This document shows, piece after piece, positions 37,078 to 49,172 of a stretch of DNA of 64,000 nucleotides. The translations under genes were made by a program, and so were the position numbers. This stretch comes from Leucoraja ocellata (Eukaryota): positions 1,116,001 through 1,180,000 of the forward strand of contig JAWMAR010000471.1 of NCBI GenBank assembly GCA_036785375.1, written 5' to 3'. Numbering within the stretch: position 1 is the stretch's first letter; each line of letters begins with the position of its first letter. Under the pieces are notes generated by a model, which saw only the letters and a list, made by a program, of their open reading frames with translations, was not told where the DNA came from and made no database searches.

Positions 37078-37345
37078 CATTTGATTAAGAAAGAACTGCA
37101 GATGCTGGATAAATGTAAGGGTGACAAAAATGCTGGGGAAACACAGCGGGTGAGGCAGCATCTGTGGAGCGAAGCCCCCCCCCCCCCCCCCGCCCCCACC
37201 CCAACAACAGTCTGAAGAAGGGTCTCAACCCGAAACGTAACCTGTTCCTTAGCTCCATAGTTGATGCCTCACCCGCTGAGTTTCTCCAGCATTTTTGTCA
37301 ACCTTCGATTTATCCAGCATCTGCAGTTCTTTCTTAATCAAATGG
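37078..37345. repeat. Palindromic Penelope-derived element: ~100-bp inverted repeats enclosing a hammerhead-like core
   Basis: catttgattaagaaagaactgcagatgctggataaat.. versus ..atttatccagcatctgcagttctttcttaatcaaatg; CTGAAGA..GAAACGTA at 37212-37239. Confidence 0.7.
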
Positions 37346-37489
37346 AACCTGTGCAGTTTGTGAACTACGGCGGGAAATGTAGGTCCAAATTATTTTGCCA
37401 ACTTGTTTTTCGTCCCCAGTTACAATTCCCTGATCATTAATTGGATTCCGCTGCCACTAAGTGCAGAGACATTTATTGGGTTTATGGAA

Positions 37490-37910
37490 GGACCTCCTGA
37501 TTGAGCCAAAGACTAAGCGGAAGCTCAGAGGGGACCGTGCCTTTGCTGTGTCGGCTCCGATATTGTGGATTGAATTGCCTCTGCACGTTAAACAGGCCCC
37601 TTCTCTAGCTGTTTTTAAGTCACCCCTGAAGACATATCTATTCTCCGTGGCCTTTGTAGACCAGTGAGGTGTTGAATTGTTTATTAACTTTATTTGCTTG
37701 GTTTTGCTGCGTTGTTCGTACTCGTGTTTTATGTTTTTTTAATTTATTGTTTGTATTTTTCGTATGTAATTTATGCGCCTCGTGTTAGTTGTATGTTCTG
37801 TTGTTCTGTCTGTTTTATGATGTCTTGCTTGTTTTCTATTTTCTGTACAGCACTTTGGTCAGCTTTGGTTGTTTTTAAGGTGCTTAACGAATAAATAATA
37901 ATAATAATAA
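37490..37910 (+). mobile_element. L2 LINE 3' end with (AAT)n tail
   Basis: PKTKRKLRGDRAFAVSAP.LW..LP..VKQAPSL..FKS.LKTYLF motif. Confidence 0.75.
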
Positions 37911-38638
37911 TCTTTATTTATATAGCACTTTTCAACAAAACCAGTATTTGAACCAAAGTGCTTTACAGAGATGGATTAAATTAATTGAACAGATCAAATG
38001 TCAATATATCCATACAAAACAAAAAAGAGAAAAAAGAAAAAAGACACAGAACAGTACACTATAGAAATCAACATGAAACGTCCCCCCACAGCAGCATTCA
38101 CTGTGAGGGAAGGCACTAAAAATATCCAGTTCTCCCCCTCATAGTATTATTATTATTAAGGTGCAGCCATAAGAGGTGGTGGAGAAAGGAACAGAAGATG
38201 CTGGTTTACACCGGAGAATGGGACAAACTGCTGCAGTGCGTCGGCGGGTAATGTGGCTTCGGTGGAGAAACGGGATGGATGATGTTTCTGGTCGGGACCC
38301 TTCTTCCGCCAGAAAGTAGAGCGGAGGGCACCGGAGGTCGGAAGCCCAGCTGCTCCATTCTCTCAGCATACGACAATCCCGCCATCTATGGAGCGAAGTA
38401 ATAGATTGATGGAGAAACTCAGCGGGAGAGGCAGCATCGATGGAGCAAAGGAACACCTATCTCTTCGCTCCATCGATGCTGCCTCACCCGCTGAGTTTCT
38501 CCAGCATTTTGTCTACCTTCCATTGTTCCAGCAGCTGCAGAACGTTCTCAAACTAATGTTTAAACTAAATGTTTGTATTTTCACATAAATCCGATAATCA
38601 AACCACTCACGTGTTGTTGTGATATTATTTTAATGATA

Positions 38639-41369
38639 TTATTTTACCAATTGCCCTATATTTTTAGCGCAACGGAATGGATATGTTAGCACACGGACCA
38701 ACTCATCTCTGAACTTGCGCTGTGTCACGGTGTAAATGGCCGTGTTGGTGCAGGAGCTCAGGAGCTGAAGCATAAATCCAACCTTTTCAAATTCGAACAG
38801 GGGGTTTATCCAGGACCTGCGTAAGGACAAATTAAAACATCGAAGCACAATAAAATGTGCGACACTTGTGGCCCAGAGCAGGATGAAGGAGCTCGAGATT
38901 GCCAGAAGTAAAACGACCGAGCGTCTGCGGTTCACCATCTCCTGGTCTTTCTTTTTCTCCCCACCGCTGAGGTCCCGGAGGCTCCTGCGGACCCGACTGG
39001 CCACGGAAATACGTCTGACGGTGAGCGCGTTAAACAACAAAATCAGGCAGAATGGAATCACCGGGGTGAACAACTGTTCGATCCAAGAGAACACTATCCA
39101 TTCGTGACGCATGTAAAAATATACATCTTTGGCGCAGCCCAGATTCAGTTCAGTTGGGAAATAGGGAACGTATGCGAAGGGCAAAGGTGTATTCAGAAGG
39201 CAGACGAACGGGGTCACTGTCAGAATAACAATCGACGCGGTTCTCTCGGTGCAATATTTGGCCTTCATATTCTTAGTAGAAATCGCAATAAAGCGATCAA
39301 ATGTGAACGCGACTGTGAACCATACAGAACAATCCACCGACACGGGAGCCAGGTAGAGTATTATTTTACACACAGGCGTGTAGGTCAATGAAGTAGGCCA
39401 CCAATACATATCAGCAATCCGACCAAATACCAAGTCAATGAGAAGCACAGAGAGGTCCGCGGTCGCCATGGCTACCATGTAACGAGTGATGCACTTGGAG
39501 AGGCCGCACTTGCCACGGGACAGGATCACAATCGCCATCAGATTCACTGGGAAGGAATAAAAACATAAAGTGGTGAATTGTGTTGGGGTTTGCGACGGCG
39601 GGTGAGGGTTATTTAAACGTGCGCATATTTGGGACGATCAAACATCAAAGTGTTCTATAAAGATGTTCAATCGTCAGCAAATGATTAAATACCTGATTAC
39701 CAAAACTAGTGAAATTTGAATGAATGAAAACTTTATTGTCATTCAGATATACACCTAGACACAGTGCACCTTGAACGAAATGTCGTTGCATTTGACTCTC
39801 CAAAATCAGGTAATAGTAAAAAGTGCTAGGTGCGTCCATAAAAAATGCCTCATGTGCATGGTTCTGTCAAATAAATATATATAAAAAGTTTTTAATAAGT
39901 GTCGATATTTAAAAAGTTCCTGCCACGGTTTTGTTGATTGTTCAGTAATCTTATGGCCTGGGGGATGAAGCTGTCCCAGAAATTTCCGTCTCTATTTATC
40001 TGCACATATTTATGCCAACCGTTTAATATTGGTGTGTTGTTATCCCGGCATGATCGCGGCAGCTGCAGTCTCTATTATCTGTACTTCAAAAACCTATCTT
40101 AAAATTGCCTTCCGACCTGAGGGGGAACATGTCTGGTTGTTCACAATGACGTTTTTCTGTTGGGTAAATTGTTCATACGATCTTCAAATCTCTCTGCGAA
40201 ATTATCCCTGTGGAATTTCAAGAGATCTACAGAAAAGGCAGTGCCAAGTTACGGGACGGGGTGCGTTTTTCTTTCTAGCGTGTGCAGGACGCACTGCGGA
40301 AGAAGTAGTCCCACACACAGCGAGGACGCCGTGTCGCTTGCCCCACCAACAGCACAGGTGCGGGGCATCTGTTGTGGCCAAACTCCGTGGAGGTTAAATT
40401 TGTACCAGAGTCTATGAGTGGCCACATGTCAAGATTCAAGATTCAAGATTCAAGATTCAAGATTCAAGATTCAAGATTCAAGATTCAAGATTCAAGATTC
40501 AAGATTCAAGATTCAAGATTCAATTTATTTGTCACTTGGACCCCTTGAGGTCCAAACGAAATGCCGTTTCTGCAGCCATACATTACAAACAAATAGACCC
40601 AAGACACAACATAATTTACATAAACATCCGTCACATCGCTGTGATGGAAGGCCAAAAAAACCTCTCCACTGCATTCTCCCCCCCCCCCTTTCCCCCCCGA
40701 TGTCAGAGTCAAAGTCAAAGCCCCCGACTGGCGATGGCGATTGTCCCGCGGCCATTAAAGCCACGCCGGGTGGTGCAAGGTCGCACACCGGGTTCTTGAT
40801 GTTAGAGCCCCGGCGTGCGCTCGCGGAGTCCCGCGGCCATTCCAAGCCGCGCACCCGTCATAGAGGCCAACGCATTTCGTCTCTCCTAAGAGTTGCCTTG
40901 GCTTATTTGAGTTTTGTTTAGATGTGCAGCCCCGAAGCGGGGCGTCCGGTTCATCGAGTCCTCGCCGATCAGCGATCCACGCACACTAACAATATCCGAC
41001 ACACACTAGCTATTTAAAATAAATATATACCAAATCAATTAACCTAAAAACCGATCTGTTTTGGAGAGCTGGAGGAAACCGAAGATCTCGGAGAAAACAC
41101 ATGTTGGTCACGAGGCGAACCTACAAATTCGGTAAAGACAAGCAACAGTTGCGGGGAGCGAGCCGTGCACCATCGCCGCTGAGACTTCGTGCAGCCCTTG
41201 ACCCTGCCGGGTTATTCCGTATGATCTCTTCATCTTTACTCCTCTGCGCTTTTCAAACTGTCTTTGTAAGTTCAATGAGATGTGCCGACAATTACCTACC
41301 AGGTACACCAATTGCTGCAAGAATCGGGTAATACACAGATTCTATATCCAGGATGTCACGATAATACAT
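38639..41369 (-). CDS. Class A GPCR, GPR139/GPR142-like, copy 3 (most divergent); exon1 41369-41300, exon2 39546-38639; 325 aa
   Basis: Intact 7TM ORF; exon 1 MYYRDILDIESVYYPILAAIGVP|G gtaggt; acceptor ttccttcccag; TATAAA at 41449-41454. Confidence 0.9.
40429..40519. repeat. (TCAAGAT)13 tandem repeat, probably a LINE 3' tail on the minus strand, within the GPCR3 intron
   Basis: 13 perfect 7-mers followed by caatttatt (AATAAA on the minus strand). Confidence 0.9.
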
Positions 41370-41959
41370 TTTAATTCGACGGTCTCGGCGATCACTCCTG
41401 GTGCTGCCACTCAGCGTTTGTCAGCGTAACAAACCAATCTCTGGCACATTTATAAAGGAAATAAAGGGGAAAATAGGCAATTAGGTAACATCCCTGTGGA
41501 CATTACTAACAGACTTTGGAACAAACAAGTACTGTTTTCAACGTAATATTCAGAAATCACAATCACGCCGGCGACCGCTCCAATACATTTCCAACAGCAG
41601 GCAGTGAAGCATGAATTTAAACAAAAATCCAAAGTAACGCACGCGCAGTGAAGTTGATCGCGAATGTTCCGAGCAGCGATTTATTTCCTAGACCCTTACA
41701 TCCGATGACGAGACAAGGACAGTTGCCGTTTCTGTGCAACTTTGAGACGGCAACAGCAGAGCCAGAGCGTAACGGCACCTGAGCATATCCACTGGGCACC
41801 TAGCGGCAGTTTTTGTTTTCAGAAAACAGGCGAATGGGGCGAAAGAGCATCAAAAGAGAGACGAAAAGTAGAATTTATCTAGCATTAATAAAACACGGAC
41901 ATGTAAATTAATTATCGTGGCAGCGTGGTTTGTCGGCTCCGTCCCAGAGTTAGCAGCCA

Positions 41960-43600
41960 GAAACATAGAAAATAGGTGCTGGAGGAGGCCATTCGGCCAC
42001 ACGAGCCAGCACCGCCACTCATTGTGATCATGGCTGATCGCCCCCTATCAATAACCCGTGCCTGCCTTCTCCCCATATCCCTTGAATCCACAAGCCCCCT
42101 AGAGCTCTATCTAACTCTCTCTTAAATCCATTCAGTGACTTAGCCTCCACTGCCCTCTGCGGCAGGGAATTCCATAAATTCACAACTCTCTGGGTGAAAA
42201 CGTGTTTTCTCACCTCAGTCTTAAATGACCTCCGCTTTATTCTAAGATTGTGGCCCCTGGTACTGGACTCGCCCAACAATAGGAACAGTTTTCCTGCATC
42301 TAGCTTGTCCAGTCCTTTATAATTGTATATGTTCCTATAAGACCCCCCTCATCCTTCTAAACTCCAGTGAATACAAGCCTCGCCTTTTCAATCTTTCCTC
42401 ATATGACAGTCCCGCCATCCCAGGGATCAATCTCGTGAACATACGCTGCACTGCCTCAATCACAAGGATGTCCTTCCTCAAATTAGGAGACCAAAACTGT
42501 ACACAATGCTCCATATATGGTCTCACCAGAGCCCTATACAACTGCAGAAGAACCTCCATACTCTTATACTGAAATCATTTTGTTATGAAGGCCAACATTC
42601 CATTAGCTTTCTTCACTGCCTGCTGTACCTGTAAGCCAACTTTCAGTGACCGGTGTACAAGGAGTACCTAACCCCATTGAGATAATAATCTGCCCCCTTG
42701 TTTTTGCCGCCAAAGTGGATAACCTCACATTTATCTATATTATACTGCATCTGTCACGCATCTGTCCACTCACTCAACCTGTCCAGGTCATCCTGCAAAC
42801 TCCTAACATCCTCTTCACAGTTCACACTGCCACCCAGCGTTGTGTCATCCGCAAACTTGTCAGTGTTGTTCCTAATTCCCTCTTCCAAATCATTAATATA
42901 TATGGTAAACATTTGCGGCCCCAACACGGAGCTTTGCGGCACTCCACTCGCCACTGCCTGCCATTCTGAAAAGGAACCGTTCACTCCTACTCTTTGCTTC
43001 CGGTCTGACAACCAATTTTCTATCCATGTCAATACCCTACCCCCAATACCATGTGCTCCAATTTTAGTCACCAGTCTCCCGTGCGGGACCTTATCAAATG
43101 CTTTCTGAAAGTGTAGATACACTACATCCACTTGCACCCCTTCTTCCATTTTACTTGTCACATCCTCAAAAAACTCCAGAAGATTAGTCAAGCATGATTT
43201 CCCTTTCATAGATCCATGTTGACTTGGACTAATCCTTTTACTGCTATCCAAATGCCCCGTAATTACCTATTTAATAATTAACTCCAGCATATTTCCCACC
43301 GCCGAAGTCAGGCTAACTGGTCTGTAATTCCCCGTTTTCTCTCTCGCCCCTTTCCTGGGATAACATTAGCTATCCTCCAATCCACAGGAACGGATCCTGA
43401 ATCTATTGAACATTGGAAAATGATCACCAATGCGAGCACTATTTCTGGAGCCACCTCCCTGAGCACCCTGGGATGCAGACCATCGGGTCCTGGGGATTTA
43501 TCATCCTTCAGTCCCATTAGCCTACCCAATACTATTTCTCGCCTAATGAAAATGTCTTTCAGTTCCTCTACCCCCTTAGATCTACCCCCTTGATTATGCT
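41960..43600 (-). mobile_element. CR1 LINE 3' half
   Basis: ORFs 42028-43529 with RT motifs; 3' tail agaaacatagaaa at ~41960. Confidence 0.9.
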
Positions 43601-43665
43601 ACGAGCCCTGCCGAGGCCACGCGAGCTTTAAGTAAATGCGGTGTGCCTGTATTCCGCCACGCTGA

Positions 43666-43770
43666 AGTTTTGGTACAGCTGTCTCTCTGCGCTGTGCCAC
43701 TATGCGATGCGTGGACTCATCCCACAGTAATACAAAGCTTCGTCGCCGGCAGTACTACAGATAGCGTTAA
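43666..43770 (-). pseudogene. Inverted 3' fragment of a supporting V with a dead RSS (CATAGTG)
   Basis: Reverse complement of 31356-31461; heptamer 43698-43704, nonamer 43666-43674. Confidence 0.85.
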
Positions 43771-44149
43771 TAATGCAGGAATGCCAGTACAAGGCCTGTT
43801 GTTTGTTTGTTTGATGAGAGGCTGGACGGCCAAAGGTGGTGGGAATTGCTGCACCGCGGCTTATAACATCGACGAAAGATCAACGCGAGGCCCCAGTCGG
43901 GCTGGGTACCGGTATTATTCCGACTGTCAATGATCCAGTGAAAGGTAACATACAGATTGCAATGAATGCAGTCACCAGCAGGGATGGAGAAACACAGGAA
44001 CACAGAAAATAGCTGTAGGCGTAGGTCATTCTCCTTTCGAGACAGAACTGACATTCAATATGATCCAGGCATTTGGGCACTGGAGGTGGGGTAGCTCTGT
44101 TGGTGAGGGGTGAAATGGACGCCCTTGCGAGGGTTGACAGAGGGACTGA

Positions 44150-47100
44150 CTGAAATCACGTTGGTTCTGGAACACAAGAAAGGGAGTTTGTAGAGTGCTT
44201 CTGAGATGGATTCTTAAAGCAACTTGCATTGGAGCATACAAGAGACAAGGCAATTCTGGATTTAGTGTTGTCTAATCCACCAAATTTAGTAGGGGAAATC
44301 TAGGTAAGGAACCGCAAGGAGGTAGTGACCATTATATGATAAGTTTTAATCTGCAATTTGAGAGGGAGAAAGTTAAATCAGAATTGTCAGTGTTGCGGTT
44401 GAACAAAGGGGAATTACGGCATGGGAGAAGACCTGGCCAAGGTCGACTGGAAAATGATTCAAACAGGAATGACGGAGAAAGAGCAATAGCAGGAATTTCT
44501 GTCCATTATGCAGAAGATGCAGGATCATTTCAGTCCAAAGATGAAGAAATATTCTAAGGGGAGTAAGAGGCAACCGTGGCTGACAAGGGATGTTGTGAAC
44601 GGTATAAAACTAAACGAAAAGATGAATAAAATAGCAAAGAATGGCGGGAAGCTAGATGATTGGGAAACATCAGAAGTAACAGAAAGGGCAATACGGTGTG
44701 AAAAGATGAAGTACAAAGGTAAGCTCGCCAGGAATATAAAGAAGGGCTGTAAAAACACATTTAGGTATGTTAAGAGAAAAAGATTAGGAAAGGCAGATGT
44801 GGGTCCCTTAACAGCAGAAGCTGTTGATATTATTATGGGGAACAAGGAAATGCCAGAAGAGTTGAACATGTACTTTAGTTCCGTTTTCGCTAACTAAGAC
44901 ACAAACATCTCCCAGATGTACTAGAAGACTAGTGAGACGTATTACAGAGTCCTAGCGAGACCACATCTGGAGTATTGTGTGCAGTTTTGGTCCCCAAATT
45001 TGAGGAAGGACATTCTTGCTATTGAGGGAGTGCAGCGTAGGTTTACAAGGTTAATTCCCGGGATGGCGGGACTCTCATATGCTGAGAGAATAGAGCAGCT
45101 GGTCTTGTACCCTCTGCAGTTTAGAAGGATGAGAGGGCATCTCATTGAAACATATAAGATAGTTAAGGGCCTGGACACGCTAGAGGCAGGAAACATGTTC
45201 CCGATGTTGGGGGAGTCCAGAACCAGGGGCCACAATTTATGAATAAGGAGTAAGCCATTTAGAACGGAGACGAGGAAACACTTTTTCTCACAGAGAGTGG
45301 TGAGTCTATGGAATTCTCTACTTCAGATGGCAGTGGAGGCGGGCTCTCTGGATGCTTTCAAGAGTGATCTAGATAGGGCTCTGAAAAATAGCGGAGTCAG
45401 GGGATATGGGGAGAAGGCAGGAACGGGGTGCTGATTGGGGATGATCAGTCATGATCACATTGAATGGCGGTGCTGGCTCGAAGGGCCGAATGGCCTACTC
45501 CTGCACCTATTGTTTATTGTCTATTGTCTATAAGACAGACGGAGAAACTGAAAGACATTTGCATTGGGCCATAAATAGTATTGGGTAAACCGCTGGGACT
45601 GAAGGCTGATAAATCCCTAGGATCTGACGGTCAACATCTCAGGGGACTCAAGGTCGTGGTTCTAGAATCCGTGGACGTATTGGTGATCATTTCCAATGTT
45701 CAATAGATTCAGGATCAGTTCATGTGGATTGGAGAGTAGTTGATGTTATCCCACTTTTCAAGAAAGGAGCGAGAGCGAAAACGGGAAATTAGAGAACAGT
45801 TGGCCTGACATCGGAGCTGGGGAAGATGCTGGATTCAATTATCAAAGACGTAATAACGGCGCATGTGTACACAATTAAAAGATTGGTCCAAGTCAGCATG
45901 GATTTATGAAGAGGAAATGCTGCTTGACAAATCTTCTGGAATGTTTTGAGAATGTGACAAGTAAAATGGATGAAGGAGTTACCTTCAGAATGGCAGGCAG
46001 TGGCGAGTAGAATGCCGCAAGGCTCGATGCAGGGGCCGCAGCTATTGACAATATAGATTAATGATACATCTGATGCATTTAAAAGTAACACGAGCAAATT
46101 TGCAGATGACACAAGGCCGGGATGCAGTGTGAACTGCGAAGAGGATGCGAGGTGGATGTAAGATGACCTGGACAGATTGAGTGAGTGGGCAGATTCATGG
46201 CAGATGCTGCATAATGTAGGTAAATGTGAGGTTATCCACTTTGACGGCAATAGCATGGAAGCAGATTATTAATAATAATAATAATGGATGGGATTTATAT
46301 AGCGCCTTTCTAGATACTCAAGGCGCTTTACATCGCATTATTCATTCACTCCACAGTCACACTCGGTGGTGGTGATCTACTTCTGTAGCCACAGCTGCCC
46401 TGGGGCAGACTGACGGAAGCGTGGCTGCTAATCTGCGCCTACGGCCCCTCCGACCACCACCAAACACTCACACACATTCACACACATTCACACGTGTGTG
46501 ATTATTATCTCAATTGTGTCAGATTTGGGGAAAAATGGATGTGCGACGAGACTTGTGTGTCCTTGTCCACCAGTCACTTAATGCGAACATTCAGGTTCAC
46601 CAGGTAGTGAAGAAAGCTAATGGCATGTTGGCCTCCATAACGTGAGGATTTGCGCATAGTAGTACAGATCCTTCTGCTGTTGTGCAGGACCTTGGTGAGA
46701 CAACATCGGCAGTATTGTGTGCAGTTTTGGTCACCCAATTTGGAGAAGGAAATCCTTGCTATGGAGGGAGTGCAGCGTGGTTCACAAGGGTAACCCACGG
46801 TATGGCGGGACTCATAAGAGGAAAGATTAGAAAGATTGGGCATATATTCACTGGAATTTAGAAAGATGAGAGGGCGCCTTGTGGAAAAAGAAACAATTAT
46901 AAAAGGACTGGTCACGCTAGATGCAGGATTTTTTTTTGCAACTGCTATGGGAGTCCAGAACCAGGGGCCATCGTCTAAGGGTAAAGGGGAGGGCATTTAA
47001 AATTGAGATGAGAAAAATCTTTTTCACCCAGAGAGTTGTGAATATGGGGAATTCTGTCACAAAGGGCAGTGGAGGCCAATTCGCTGGATGAAATGAAAAG

Positions 47101-48960
47101 AGAGGGAGATAGAGCTATTGGGGCTGGGAGAATCAAGACACATGAGGAGGCAGGCACGCGTTACCGATAGTGGATGAGCAGCCACGATCAATATGCATGG
47201 CGGTGCTGACTCGAAGGGCCATATACCCTCCTCCTGCAGTTATTTTTCTATGTTTCGATGTTTCTATTTAAAATCAGTACCCCGTTCCTGCTTTCTCCCC
47301 CCATAACGTTTTGAGTATAAGAGGAGGGAGTTTCTACTGCAGTTATACAGGGTCTTGGTGAGACCACACCTGGAGTATTGCGTACAGTTTTGGTCTCCTA
47401 ATCTGAGGAAATACATTTTTGCCATAGAGGGAGTATAGAGAAGGTTAACCAGACTGATTCGTGGGATGGCAGGACTTTCATATGAAAAAAGACTGGATAG
47501 ACTCGGCTTGTACACGCTGGAATTCAAAAGATTGAGGGCGGATCTTATAGAAACTTACAAAATTCTTAAGGGGTTGGACAGGCTAGATGCAGGAAGATTG
47601 TTCCCGATGTTGGGGAAGTCCAGAACTAGGGGTCACAGTTTAAGGATAAGAGGGAAGTCTTTTAGGACCGAGATGAGAAAATCATGTTTTACACCGAGAG
47701 TGGTGAATCTGTGGAACTCCTTGCCACAGAAGGTAGTTGAGGCCAGTTCATTGACTATATTTAAGAGGGAGTTAGATGTGGCCCTTGTGGCTAAAGGGAT
47801 CAGGGGGTATGGAGAGAAGGCAGGGATGGGATACTGAGTTGGATGATCAGCCATGATCATATCGAATGGCGGTGCAGGCTCGAAGGGCCCAATGGCCTAC
47901 TCCTGCACCTATTTTCTATGTTTCTATGTTTCTATCCCTTGTTTCGATTAGCCCTAAGAGCTAAATCTAACTCTCTCGTGAAATCTTCCAGTGAATTGCC
48001 CTCCATTGCCTTCTTTGTTAGAGCATTCCACCGATTCACAACTCTCTGGGTGAAATAGATTTTCCTTATCTCAGTCCTAAGTGGTTTTGGGCCCTGTTGA
48101 GGCCGCATTTGTGAATGATTTTGGTCTCCTAATTTGTGGAAGGACTTGATTATTATTGAGGAAGTTCAGCATCGGTTCTCTAGATTAGTTCCCGCGATGG
48201 CGGGACTGACATATGATGAAAGAATGGGTTGAGTGTGCTTGTATTCACGGGCATTTTGAAGGATGAGAGGGATTTATAGAAACATACAATTCTAAAAGGG
48301 TTGGATGGGCTAGATGCAGGAAACATGTTCCCGATGTTGGGGGTGTCCAGAACAGGGAGTCAACGTTTAAGAATAAGGATAGGTAATTTTGGACTCAGAT
48401 GAGGGGAATTCTATTTCACCCAGAGACTTGTGAATCTGTGGAGTTTTCTGCCACAGAATAGAGTGGAGGACAATTCACTGGATGTTTCAAGAGAGAGTTA
48501 GATTTAGCTCTTGGGGCTACAGGAATCATAGGATATGGGGAATAAACAGGAACGGGGTACTGATTTTAGATGATCTGCCACGATCGCATTGAATGGCGGT
48601 TCTGGCTCGAAGGACCGAATGGCCTACTCCGGCATCGAATTTTCTGTTTCTATGTTTCTTAATGGCCTACCACTTATCCTTAAACTGGGACATCTGTTTC
48701 TGGACTGTCAATATCCGGAACATTTTTCCTGCATCTAGCCGGTCCAACAGTCTTGCTACTGAGGGAATGCAGCGTTAGTTCACACGGTTAATTCCCGGAA
48801 TGTTGGGGCTGTTACATGCTGAGAGAATGGAGCGACTGAGCTTGTATACTCTGGAATTTGGAAGAATGAGAGGGGTTCTTATTTAAATATATAAGGTTAT
48901 TAAGGGTTTGGACACGCTAGAGTCACGAACCATGTTCCCGATGTTGGGGGCGTGCAGACC
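44150..48960. mobile_element. Nested CR1 fragments (mirror of 26160-30980)
   Basis: CR1 motifs; ORFs mirror those of the left arm. Confidence 0.8.
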
Positions 48961-49172
48961 CAGGGGGGACAGTTCAAGACTGGTGATTTTTAGTATTACA
49001 CGGAAAACAGTAGATGTTTGTTCAGAAGTGTGTAAGTAATGTCCACAGGGATGTAAGCTCGTTGCCTGTTTTTCCATTTATTTGCATTATAAATATTCCA
49101 GATATTTGTTTGTTTCGCTGACAACCGCTGAGCGGCAGCACAAGGAGTGATCGCCTGGACCGTCGCATTAAA

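Noticed and set aside
40418-40921. ORF with (DSRFKIQ)n repeats; CRISPR-like appearance
   Set aside because: Translation of a 7-nt tandem repeat without spacers, consistent with a LINE tail; eukaryotic context.
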